42,822 bases of DNA from Verrucomicrobiaceae bacterium TMED86. GTDB taxonomy: Bacteria > Verrucomicrobiota > Verrucomicrobiia > Verrucomicrobiales > Akkermansiaceae. The notes beneath the pieces were generated by a model. The model worked only from the letters and a program-made list of their open reading frames with translations. It ran no database searches and was not told where the DNA came from. Numbering within the stretch: the first letter of the stretch is position 1; the number at the start of each line of letters is the position of its first letter. Below are positions 1 through 8,332 of the stretch, piece by piece. Location: assembly GCA_002172625.1 (NCBI GenBank), contig NHEN01000002.1:1-42822 (forward strand). Reading direction: 5' to 3'. A program made the translations under genes and the position numbers.

Positions 1-1041
1 GAAGGTGAAATCTCCCATTTCTCGAATGTCATCGAGCAGATCAGAAAGCGTCATCGTCTCGGGGACACGGGATCCATCTTCCAGAGTGAAGAACCGATCA
101 ACCAAAGTTGCCTCGGGCCAAATGACCCAATCCGGCTTGCGAATCACCACCGGAGTCTCACTCCCCTCTGCGGACGTGGCCTTCAGATCCTCATGGGTCT
201 GCGCATCGAGGTCCGCCAAAGCACCACTGACTAGGTCAGTAAAGCCTCCAAGAATTTCCTCACGAGGCCACTCCACTTTCCCGGCAGTCTGCGGGATATT
301 TTGCTGGGCCAACAACACCTTGGCTTCGATTTGCTCGCCACTACCGGCGTGACTAAACCGAACCGATCCCACCGTAAATGATCCCATGATCACTAACATC
401 GCGGTCGCGAAATCCCAGTGAAGCAATTTCACCGACTGTTCTTTTGCTTGAAGATAAAAACGCCGTCCCACCTGCACTGCAACTGCGCTAAAAAAGACGG
501 GCAGAAATGACAGTCCGTAGACGCCCACGAATTCCGCATTCTGAGCCATAATGAGATTGTTATGGAAGGCCACGCCCAGGCCATTCCATCCGAACCCCGT
601 GAGCATCCAGCCACGGATCCATTCCATGCCACACCACCAACCGCCGAGCATCGCGGCGTAGCCAAGGCTCCGCCACATCTCTCGGAAGCGCGCAGGAATT
701 TCCGTGGCAACCTTCACCTCCTTGCGCCAGGGATTGGCCGAGTTGGCGGCAAAAGCGCCGAAGATTCCGAAGTAAACCGCAAGGTAGAGCGCCATTGTGA
801 CCGCGCCCAATCCGGTCACGGTCCAGATCCATTTGAGATTGATAAGCCAGAATCCCAGCCCGCTGAGAAAGCCAATTCCAAAGCCCGCCCGTCGTTTCTT
901 CTCGGACCTGCTCGTCCACAGAAGGGGAAGCAGGATCCACATCCACCCCCAGACGATCCAACCCAAGTTAAAGGGAGGAAAGCACAGCGCGAGAAGCGCA
1001 CCGCTCCCCACCGCCAATCCAGGTCGAAGGTAATTCTTCAT
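1..1041 (-). CDS. lnt: apolipoprotein N-acyltransferase (Lnt), first 347 codons; the 3' end lies beyond the window start
   Basis: Hand translation of the minus strand from the ATG at 1041-1039 is open to position 1. It is absent from the ORF track because there is no stop in the window. It begins MKNYLRPGLAVGSGALLALCFPPFNLGWIVWGWMWILLPLLW, followed by several Trp/Gly-rich TM helices (GWWCGMEWIRGWMLTGFGWNGLGVAF). The start of a CN-hydrolase-type domain follows (KVLLAQQNIPQ...DWVIWPE). The ATG overlaps the upstream TAA by 1 nt (TAATG). Confidence 0.7.
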   Translation of the reverse strand, partial: MKNYLRPGLAVGSGALLALCFPPFNLGWIVWGWMWILLPLLWTSRSEKKRRAGFGIGFLSGLGFWLINLKWIWTVTGLGAVTMALYLAVYFGIFGAFAANSANPWRKEVKVATEIPARFREMWRSLGYAAMLGGWWCGMEWIRGWMLTGFGWNGLGVAFHNNLIMAQNAEFVGVYGLSFLPVFFSAVAVQVGRRFYLQAKEQSVKLLHWDFATAMLVIMGSFTVGSVRFSHAGSGEQIEAKVLLAQQNIPQTAGKVEWPREEILGGFTDLVSGALADLDAQTHEDLKATSAEGSETPVVIRKPDWVIWPEATLVDRFFTLEDGSRVPETMTLSDLLDDIREMGDFTF

Positions 1042-2942
1042 TATCCCATCCGCTCGTAGGCGTCTTTTTCAAGCCAGGTCCAGAGGTTCTCCAGGGAAGC
1101 CGAAACGGCCTCGCGGGAATCTCCTTTTCCGAAGAGGTAATATTTGATTTTGGGTTCGGTTCCCGAAGGACGCACCGCAAGCCGGCGACCATCCTCAAGA
1201 TCGACAAAGAGCATCGCAGCCTCGGGAATTTCATCTCCCTCTTCGTCGTAAAACCCACCCTTGGCATAGTCCCGCACGCCGGCAGCTGCGGAACCATCCA
1301 CCTCGTCCGGAGGATTTGTGCTGTAGGATTCGACAAGGGCCGCGATCTTGCGCGCGCCTTCACCGCCTTCCATCACGAGTGATTTCCCCATTTCGAGATG
1401 CACTCCAAACTCTCCCCAAACCTGGTCGCGCAAACCGGCGATGGTCGTGCCTTCACTCATGGCGTATGCCGCCAGTTCCGCGAACATGAGAGCCGAGGCG
1501 TTTCCATCCTTATCGCGTACAAAATCCGCTCCAAGGTATCCGTAGCTTTCCTCCCCGCCGAAAACAAAGAACTTGGAATATTCGAGACGCAGCTTGCGAC
1601 TCTCTTCTTCCGAAAGACTGCGGTAGTCCCCTTTCTTGTCGGCTGGGATGGCGTCCTCGTATTTCTTGAGCTTCTCACCGATGTATTTAAATCCGGTAAG
1701 GGTATTCACCACATTGATCCCGAAGTGATGGGCCACAGTGTCTTGAAGTTCCGTCGTCACCAAGGTCTTCACCATCACCGCACGACTGCGGTTGCTCTCA
1801 GTGAGCCAGCCCAGGTCGAACATCGTCTTGATGCGATACCATCCGATAAGGGAGCCGATTTGGTTTCCGGTCAGCAATTCCATTTCTCCGTCACCATTCC
1901 GCACCGCCACGCCCATACGGTCGCAGTCAGGGTCGGTTCCGATGACCGCATCCGCGCCCACCTCTTCGGCGAGCTTAATGCCCATCGCGAGAGCGGGGCC
2001 ATTTTCCGGATTAGGCGATTCCACCGTTGGGAATCTCCCGTCATGCGCGTCCTGCTCGGGAACGGTGATCACTTCGAAGCCCAACTCACGCAGCATTGGC
2101 ACGATGATCACGCCGCCCGTGCCATGAAGGTTGGTATAAACAACTTTGGCCTTTCGTCCTTCCAAAAGATCCGGGCGAAGGAGGCAGCTGCGGACTTTGT
2201 CCATGTATACGCGGTCCATCTCTTCACCCAGCACGGTGAGCGTTCCAGGATCAGCGACCGGCACGTAGTCCTCGGTTTCCAATTCATTCACGCGGGCGAT
2301 GATCCCGCTTGCTTCAGGCTCCACGATTTGGCCGCCGTCAGAGATGTAGGCTTTGAAGCCATTATCGTGCGAGGGATTGTGGCTCGCAGTAAGACACACT
2401 CCACCGGCCGCGCGAAGATGACGAATCGCGAAGGAAATTTCCGGAGTGGCACGTGGCCCTTCGAAAAGATAGGCGTCGCAACCAAGATCGGTGGCCACCT
2501 TGGCGCAGGTCTCGGCGAAGTCTCGGGAGAAATGACGGGTGTCGTGTCCGATCACAAAGGAAGCCCGCCCTTCACCTTGGTAGGCATCGCGAATGTAGCT
2601 CACATAACCAACCATCGCGCGTTTCAGATTGAAAAAATTCATGGTGGCGGTTCCGGCGCAAGGATACTCGGGGCGATCGAGCGGGCCCCCTTCCCCCTCT
2701 TCGGCCCTGGTAATGACGCGTCCGACCGTGCGACCGCGCAACCCACCGGTGCCAAAGGCCAGAGTTTTGAAGAAGCGGTCATCAATTTCCTGCCATTCTC
2801 CGGCGGTCACGAGTTCGGTAATCGCGGCCTCCCCAAGCGGTGACGAGGTTCCCTTCAAATAGAGGTCGATATTTCCTGATGTCTCGGCAGAGATCTCACC
2901 ATTGCTGACAGCTTGCTCTAAAAGGGATTTCCAATCGCTCAT
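1041..2942 (-). CDS. phosphoglucomutase/phosphomannomutase-family phosphosugar mutase
   Basis: Tracked ORF 1041..2987. It carries the active-site Ser loop CLTASHNPSHDNGFKAY, the Mg-binding GTDPDCDR and the sugar-binding GEESYG. The track start at 2987 is a TTG. The first ATG (MSDWKSLLEQ) is at 2942 and is preferred. Confidence 0.85.
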   Translation of the reverse strand: MSDWKSLLEQAVSNGEISAETSGNIDLYLKGTSSPLGEAAITELVTAGEWQEIDDRFFKTLAFGTGGLRGRTVGRVITRAEEGEGGPLDRPEYPCAGTATMNFFNLKRAMVGYVSYIRDAYQGEGRASFVIGHDTRHFSRDFAETCAKVATDLGCDAYLFEGPRATPEISFAIRHLRAAGGVCLTASHNPSHDNGFKAYISDGGQIVEPEASGIIARVNELETEDYVPVADPGTLTVLGEEMDRVYMDKVRSCLLRPDLLEGRKAKVVYTNLHGTGGVIIVPMLRELGFEVITVPEQDAHDGRFPTVESPNPENGPALAMGIKLAEEVGADAVIGTDPDCDRMGVAVRNGDGEMELLTGNQIGSLIGWYRIKTMFDLGWLTESNRSRAVMVKTLVTTELQDTVAHHFGINVVNTLTGFKYIGEKLKKYEDAIPADKKGDYRSLSEEESRKLRLEYSKFFVFGGEESYGYLGADFVRDKDGNASALMFAELAAYAMSEGTTIAGLRDQVWGEFGVHLEMGKSLVMEGGEGARKIAALVESYSTNPPDEVDGSAAAGVRDYAKGGFYDEEGDEIPEAAMLFVDLEDGRRLAVRPSGTEPKIKYYLFGKGDSREAVSASLENLWTWLEKDAYERMG

Positions 2943-2973
2943 ATCTAGTGCGATGATAAAAGCCCGCCGCGCA

Positions 2974-3888
2974 ATGTCCAACTCCAACCCACGCCTTCAA
3001 AAATTGATCCAAACCGCCCTCGGCAAACGAGAGCACCTTCTTACCGACGAGACCGATCTGGTGCGACTCATCGACGGCGACGGCGACGGACTTCCCGGCA
3101 TCATTCTCGAGAATTTCGGTCCCGGTTGGCTTATTTCGACTCAGGAAGGCCGATTGGACCGGCGAATTATGGACGAACTTTCACGTCTGGCTCCGTCCCT
3201 CTATTGGAAGCGGCTCGACCAACATCTCAAGGAAGCACCCCAACATCTGAGCGGCCCTGAGCTCCCGGAATTCTTCACCGGCAAGGAAAACGGTCTCATC
3301 AGCCGTCTCTCATTTCAGTCCGGATACTCCCAGGGCATCTTCATCGACCAGCGCGACAACCGGGCCCACCTCCGCGAAATAGTCAAACACGGCCAAACTG
3401 TCCTCAACACCTTCTCTTATACTGGGTTTTTCTCGGTTGCCGCTGCGGCTGCCGGAGCAACCACCACCACCCTCGATCTCTCGCAAGTCTATCTCGACTG
3501 GGCGAAGGAGAACTTTCACCTCAACCAGCTCGACGTCGAGAAGCACTATTTCTGCAAGGGCGACACCTTCCATTGGCTCAAACGATTCGCCAGGCAAGGC
3601 CGTCGATTTGACTACATCATTCTCGATCCCCCGACCTTCTCCCGCGACGACAAAGGAAAGGTCTTTCGAGTTGAGAAAGACTACGGAAGGCTTTTCAAGA
3701 TGGCACTCGACTGCCTCGAGCCCGGCGGGACTATTTTGGCGTGCACAAATTTCCGCGGAATGCGCACGCACGAGTTCGAAGCCGAGTTGGAAAAATCCAG
3801 CCCGAAACCGCTCCGGATGGTCTCTGCAGAGATGCCCGACGACTTCCCCGAAAGTCCCTACCTCAAATCGGTTTGGGCAACAACCTAG
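2974..3888 (+). CDS. class I SAM-dependent methyltransferase, RlmI/YccW-like (PF10672-type)
   Basis: Tracked ORF 2902..3888, whose start is a TTG. In-frame ATGs lie at 2953 and 2974 (MSNSNPRLQKL). Motifs seen: VLNTFSYTGFFSVAAAAAGA (SAM motif I region), FDYIILDPPTFSR and GGTILACTN. The start codon is uncertain. Confidence 0.7.
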   Translation: MSNSNPRLQKLIQTALGKREHLLTDETDLVRLIDGDGDGLPGIILENFGPGWLISTQEGRLDRRIMDELSRLAPSLYWKRLDQHLKEAPQHLSGPELPEFFTGKENGLISRLSFQSGYSQGIFIDQRDNRAHLREIVKHGQTVLNTFSYTGFFSVAAAAAGATTTTLDLSQVYLDWAKENFHLNQLDVEKHYFCKGDTFHWLKRFARQGRRFDYIILDPPTFSRDDKGKVFRVEKDYGRLFKMALDCLEPGGTILACTNFRGMRTHEFEAELEKSSPKPLRMVSAEMPDDFPESPYLKSVWATT

Positions 3889-3898
3889 GGAAGTAACA

Positions 3899-6800
3899 CT
3901 ACCCCATCCAGCCAGCGAGTTCACGCTGGAGAGCCGGATTCAGATTCACGTTGAAGCTTTCGGGCAACTCAATGGTCGCCCGCTTCCCGGCCCCGCTTTG
4001 AATGTGCATCAAGACGGGGACCTTTCCAGGATACTCGCGAAGAACCTCTTTGATCTTTTGGAGATCATCCGGATTGTTCCGCCCGGTCCAGAGAATCAAT
4101 TCCAAGGCCCCTCCGACTTTCTTGCGCTTAGATTTCAGCTCTTTGATCTGGGATCCCGTCAGGCGTCGTTGCTCGGTCCGATCATCGACACTGACCTGCG
4201 CCTTGAATTGAATCACCTTACCCGCCTCCATCAGCCCGGCATCACGCGCCGGCAGATAGGACTCCGACCAACAAACCATTTCGCGATCCCCGGTAAAGTC
4301 CTGTAGATAGACTACGCCAAATGGCTTCCCGGTTCGAGTGGTCTTGTGCTCCACCATGCGAATCATTCCTGCGAAGGGAAAACGAGCCCGCTTGTCGCTG
4401 AGATCCACTTCGTCGAGGAGGCCGAACTTGATGAAACGATCGGAATCGACGACGCCGCGAAATTTATCAAGCGGATGCCCGGTGACGTAAAATCCGAGGA
4501 GTTCTTTTTCGTGTTCCAATCGCTCATCCTTCGGCCATTCCTCAATCGCCGGACTCTTATCCGTCACCGGCGGAGGGGCCGCGAATTGCATTGCGTCAAA
4601 TAAACCGCCCTGCCCAGTGGCCCGGTCTTTTTGCGCACTACTGGCACTGGCGACCACCTTTTCGACCCGTGCTGTCATCCCGGCACGCGACTCACCCGTC
4701 CAGTCGAGGGCGCCGGCCTTAATGAGGTTTTCGAGAATGCGTTTATTAATCGTTTTGGAATCGAGACGGTTGCAAAAATCATCAAGTGATTCAAAGGGAC
4801 CGTTTTCCTCGCGATCCTTGATCGCCATGGCCATGGCACCGGCACCGACATTTTTGATCGCCGCCAATCCGTAGCGAATTCCCTGCCTCCCCCCCAGAAC
4901 CTCCTCAGGCGAAAACCGCAGCTGTGACTTATTAAGATCGGGTGGAAGAATTTCAAAATTCATCCGCTGGCATTCGTTCACAAAGACACCAATTTTATCA
5001 GTGTTGTTGATCTCGTTCGACAGCAGGCCCGACATGAATTCCACCGGGAAATTCGCCTTCAAATAACCGGTCCAATACGAAATGAATCCGTAACAAGCCG
5101 AGTGTGATTTATTGAAACCATATCCTGCGAAACCCGCGATCTTATCGAAAATCAGGTTGGCATTGCGTTCATCGATATCATTGGTTTCCTTCGCCCCTTT
5201 CACGAAAGTTTCCCGCTGCTTGTCCATCTCTTCCTTCTTCTTCTTACCCATCGCGCGGCGAAGAATATCCGCACCACCCAAAGTATAACCCGCGAGCATC
5301 TTGGCGGCATTCTGAACCTGCTCCTGATAGATCATCACCCCGTAGGTGTCTCCGCAAATTTCTTCAAGGAGAGGATGTTCGTAATTGGGCTGCTGGCGCC
5401 CTTCCTTCACCTCGATCATTTGATCGATGTACTGCATCGCACCGGGACGATAGAGCGCGAGAAGGTCAATAATGTCCTCGATCTTGTTAATACCATACTT
5501 GCGGCAGGTTTCGACCATCCCGCCACTCTCCAACTGAAAGACTCCCATCGTCTCACCCGCATTGAGCATTTTAAAGGTGGCTTTGTCTTCCAGCGAGATT
5601 TCGTAAATATCAAAGTCTGGCGTGTGCTTGTGAATATGATCCACCGCCTCCTGGATCACAGTCATGTTTTTCAAGCCAAGGAAGTCCATCTTGAGCAATC
5701 CCACATCGGTAATCGCTCCCATGTCGTATTGGGTGACCACTTCCCCCTCATTACCCCGGGTCAACGGAACGTGTTCGTCGAGATTTCCATCGCCAATCAC
5801 CACTCCCGCCGCATGCACCCCAACGTTTCTGGTGAGGCCTTCCAGTTTCAAGGCATACTCCCAGAGTTGCTCATAGGTCGAACTACTTTCGATCAATTCC
5901 CTCAGCTCGGCTTTCTCCTTATACTCACCAGCCAGTTTCACTCCGGGCTTAGCCTCGATCATCTTGGAAATGGTATCCGCTTCCCCGTAGCTAATACCCA
6001 TCACCCGGGCGACATCGCGGATCACCGACTTGGCTCCCAAGGTGCCGTAGGTGATGATATGGGAGACGCAGCGCTCTCCATACTTGCGACGGACATATTC
6101 GATGACCTCGGGGCGACGGGTTTGACAGAAGTCGATATCAACATCGGGCGGACTCACCCGCTCGGGGTTAAGGAATCGCTCAAACAACAGGCCAAATCGT
6201 ATCGGACAAATGTCGGTGATCAGCATGCAATACGCGACCAAAGATCCGGCAGCCGATCCCCGGCCGGGCCCGACCGGAATCTTGTTATCCTTCGCCCAAA
6301 CAATAAAGTCTGCTGTGATCAGGAAATACGAAGAAAACTTGAGTTGGGTAATAATTCCCATCTCATACTCCAATCGCTCGATCAACTCGGGGTCCTTGGC
6401 TCTCTCACCGTAACGGAGTTCCAAACCCCGGTAGCACTCGGCCCGGAAGAATTCGTTCGGAGTCGAGCCATCTTCAGGCTGGAATTCGGGATATTTTTCG
6501 GACGAGGTCGGATCAAGGACAAACTCGACATTGCATCGCTCGGCAATCTCCAGGGTCGCATCGCATGCTCCGGGAATCTCAGCAAAGAGGTCACGCATTT
6601 CCTCGGCCGTTTTAAAGTAGACTTCAGTCGGGTATCTCATGCGATTTTCGTCGATCACAAGTCGTCCGATTCCGATGCAAATCATCACGTCATGCGCCTC
6701 GTGATCATCGCGGTTCAAAAAATGAACATCGTTCGCGGCAACAGTCTTCACGCCCATCTTTTCCGCAAAGCGAACCAACACCTCGTTGCACTTCGCCTGC

Positions 6801-7366
6801 TGCTCCATCCCGTGGTTGTGGACCTCAAAATAGAAATTTTCTTTCCCATAGATCTCTGCAAGTTCCACCGCAGTTTCCCATGCAATATCCTCCTGGTCTT
6901 GAAGAATCCACTCATTGACCGGACCGGAAATACAACCGCTCAGGCAGATGATTCCTTCCGAGAATTTTTGAAGAAGTTCGCGATCCACCCGGGGCTTTCC
7001 GTAATAGGAACCCTCCAAATGCCCCACAGAAACCAGCTTCTGCAAATTCACCCAACCGACATTATTCTCCGCCAGGAGAGTCATGTGACAGGCGCGCTTG
7101 CGGCCGGGGATTTCCTTTTTGTCCTCGATACCCTCCGGGGCGAGATAGATTTCACATCCCAGGATGGGCTTCACCCCGGCAGACTTACAGGCCTTGTAAA
7201 ACGAGATCGCTCCGAAGAGATTCCCATGATCGGTCATCGCCACCGCCGGCATTCCCAGCTCAGCAGCCCGGGCCGCCACGTCTTTGGTCCGGCAGGCTCC
7301 ATCGAGCGTGGAATACTCGGTATGCAAATGGAGATGGACAAAGGAATCGGACATCCCCGTCACCAT
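3899..7366 (-). CDS. dnaE: DNA polymerase III alpha subunit
   Basis: 1155 aa. It has an N-terminal PHP domain (FVHLHLHTEYSTLDGA), polymerase core motifs (GPGRGSAAGSLVAYCMLITDICP, DIDIDF, GLLKMDFLGL) and FNKSHSACYG. Confidence 0.97.
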   Translation of the reverse strand: MVTGMSDSFVHLHLHTEYSTLDGACRTKDVAARAAELGMPAVAMTDHGNLFGAISFYKACKSAGVKPILGCEIYLAPEGIEDKKEIPGRKRACHMTLLAENNVGWVNLQKLVSVGHLEGSYYGKPRVDRELLQKFSEGIICLSGCISGPVNEWILQDQEDIAWETAVELAEIYGKENFYFEVHNHGMEQQAKCNEVLVRFAEKMGVKTVAANDVHFLNRDDHEAHDVMICIGIGRLVIDENRMRYPTEVYFKTAEEMRDLFAEIPGACDATLEIAERCNVEFVLDPTSSEKYPEFQPEDGSTPNEFFRAECYRGLELRYGERAKDPELIERLEYEMGIITQLKFSSYFLITADFIVWAKDNKIPVGPGRGSAAGSLVAYCMLITDICPIRFGLLFERFLNPERVSPPDVDIDFCQTRRPEVIEYVRRKYGERCVSHIITYGTLGAKSVIRDVARVMGISYGEADTISKMIEAKPGVKLAGEYKEKAELRELIESSSTYEQLWEYALKLEGLTRNVGVHAAGVVIGDGNLDEHVPLTRGNEGEVVTQYDMGAITDVGLLKMDFLGLKNMTVIQEAVDHIHKHTPDFDIYEISLEDKATFKMLNAGETMGVFQLESGGMVETCRKYGINKIEDIIDLLALYRPGAMQYIDQMIEVKEGRQQPNYEHPLLEEICGDTYGVMIYQEQVQNAAKMLAGYTLGGADILRRAMGKKKKEEMDKQRETFVKGAKETNDIDERNANLIFDKIAGFAGYGFNKSHSACYGFISYWTGYLKANFPVEFMSGLLSNEINNTDKIGVFVNECQRMNFEILPPDLNKSQLRFSPEEVLGGRQGIRYGLAAIKNVGAGAMAMAIKDREENGPFESLDDFCNRLDSKTINKRILENLIKAGALDWTGESRAGMTARVEKVVASASSAQKDRATGQGGLFDAMQFAAPPPVTDKSPAIEEWPKDERLEHEKELLGFYVTGHPLDKFRGVVDSDRFIKFGLLDEVDLSDKRARFPFAGMIRMVEHKTTRTGKPFGVVYLQDFTGDREMVCWSESYLPARDAGLMEAGKVIQFKAQVSVDDRTEQRRLTGSQIKELKSKRKKVGGALELILWTGRNNPDDLQKIKEVLREYPGKVPVLMHIQSGAGKRATIELPESFNVNLNPALQRELAGWMG

Positions 7367-7569
7367 GTCACGGAACGGGCAAGTTTGAACTCAGAACTGA
7401 CGAGGTGAACACTTTGTGAATAAGTTTTCCTGATAATCCATAATTCCCCTTCTCCAAGGTAAGTTCAAGCATTGTTCCGGATCGCTAAAAAAAACTGGGC
7501 ACGCCGGATAAATGTGTTTTAGTGCGGACTGTCGGGGGGTAATTCAACATCCTCGCAACCAAAGAAAAC

Positions 7570-7914
7570 ATGAAAACTACAATCACAATGATCGCTGCTT
7601 TTGCAGCTTTCACAGCCGGAGCCGCTGCCGCTCCAGTCGTGACAACCACAACCACCCAAGCGGAAGTTGTGGCTGCTGATGAAAAGACGACCGTTTTGGC
7701 CGTCACAGGATTACGGTGAGCATCCGGATGTTCTAGAAAAGTGCAGGCTGCACTTAAAGGAGTAAAGGGAGTCACCAAAGTTAAAGTCGGCAAAAAGACC
7801 GGCACTAATGCTGACACCACCGTTACCGCTGGGAAAGGCGTCAAAGTTGCCGACATGGTCGCCGCCCTTAAAAAGGTTGGTTACGGTGCCACTGAAAAGA
7901 AGGCAGATTCGTAA
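7570..7914 (+). CDS. secreted HMA (heavy-metal-associated, MerP/CopZ-like) domain protein with an in-frame TGA at 7717-7719; candidate selenoprotein, otherwise a pseudogene
   Basis: Hand translation gives MKTTITMIAAFAAFTAGAAAAPVVTTTTTQAEVVAADEKTTVLAVTGLR-[TGA]-ASGCSRKVQAALKGVKGVTKVKVGKKTGTNADTTVTAGKGVKVADMVAALKKVGYGATEKKADS-TAA. Both halves share one frame and together give a signal peptide plus a complete beta-alpha-beta-beta-alpha-beta HMA layout. The TGA occupies the first Cys position of the metal-binding loop. Each half is under 60 aa, so the gene is missing from the ORF track. Two hairpins follow the TAA. Confidence 0.55.
7732..7761 (+). promoter_or_regulatory. SECIS-like stem-loop downstream of the in-frame TGA
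   Basis: AAGUGCA-GGC-UGCACUU forms a perfect 7-bp stem (7739-7745 with 7749-7755) with apical loop GGC at 7746-7748. A possible 3-bp lower stem pairs 7732-7734 with 7759-7761. There are 26 nt between the UGA and the apical loop. The apex resembles my memory of the E. coli fdhF SECIS apex (GCAGGUCUGC). Confidence 0.4.
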
Positions 7915-7962
7915 TCTGATTCAGTTCGATAAGAACTGAACCCTGATATTTTTCAAATTTAG

Positions 7963-8000
7963 AAACCCACGTTGTCACATGACAGCGTGGGTTTTTATTT
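7963..8000 (+). terminator. rho-independent terminator after the HMA gene
   Basis: The stem pairs AAACCCACGTTGTC (7963-7976) with GACAGCGTGGGTTT (7981-7994), with one G-U pair and loop ACAT. It is followed by a T-rich run (ending TTTTTATTT at 8000). A weaker AT-rich hairpin (TTCAGTTC/GAACTGAA) lies at 7920-7940. Confidence 0.8.
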
Positions 8001-8271
8001 AACCTTTCCGTAATATTTTCTAACTGGGAATTCCTGACAAACAGAGGGGAAATCGACGATCCACCCTTGGTGCGGAATTACATTTTATGAAATTCGCCGC
8101 CACAGACATGAAACTGGATGGCTGCAATGATGATGCCCGAGCCTCCCCGCAATGGACCCGCGAGCAATTGAGCCATGACCAAAGGAAATGGTTCCTCTCA
8201 CCGCCATGATGGGAAATTTTGTCATCGCCCACGCCAATTTGATCGATCCGGAGATTTCCTCAATTCACTCT

Positions 8272-8310
8272 CCAAAGAAAAAGCCCCGGGAGTTTGCACT
8301 CACCGGGGCT
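8272..8310 (-). terminator. rho-independent terminator after rpoC
   Basis: On the minus strand AGCCCCGG-(13 nt loop)-CCGGGGCT is followed by TTTTTCTTTGG, beginning 22 nt after the rpoC TAA. Confidence 0.8.
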
Positions 8311-8332
8311 TTGTGATTCTTAGAGGCTGATC

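Noticed and set aside
5-1059. Tracked ORFs at the left edge (5-352 +, 429-710 -, 560-961 -, 562-1059 +, 797-1033 +, 816-1001 -)
   Set aside because: All are alternative frames of the region that encodes a continuous Lnt-like membrane protein on the minus strand. That frame is not in the track because it has no stop in the window.
1398-2843. Long antisense ORFs inside confirmed genes. Examples: 1398-2843 (mutase), 5375-7408 (dnaE), 8789-9820, 9839-10624 and 11333-12493 (rpoC), 13118-14104 and 15299-16036 (rpoB), 20275-21252 (tuf), 22843-23835 (amidase), 39222-40109 (argD), 41020-41691 and 41884-42354 (ThuA)
   Set aside because: Each lies opposite a gene with strong family motifs. The translations are low-complexity with no motifs, which is typical of open antisense frames in a moderately GC-rich genome.
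7485-7856. Tracked 123-aa minus-strand ORF (Ala/Thr/Val-rich)
   Set aside because: It is antisense to the HMA gene, and its low-complexity composition mirrors the Ala/Thr/Val-rich sense strand. The plus-strand reading gives a recognisable signal peptide plus an HMA domain.
8020-8232. Small ORFs in the 270-bp gap between the HMA terminator and the rpoC terminator: a 70-aa minus-strand ORF, and a 40-aa plus-strand ORF at 8087-8209 ending in TGA
   Set aside because: Neither has recognisable motifs. The plus-strand ORF's TGA is followed by only 10 more codons and no SECIS-like hairpin, so there is no support for a second recoding event. I also looked here for a tRNA-Sec-like cloverleaf and found none.
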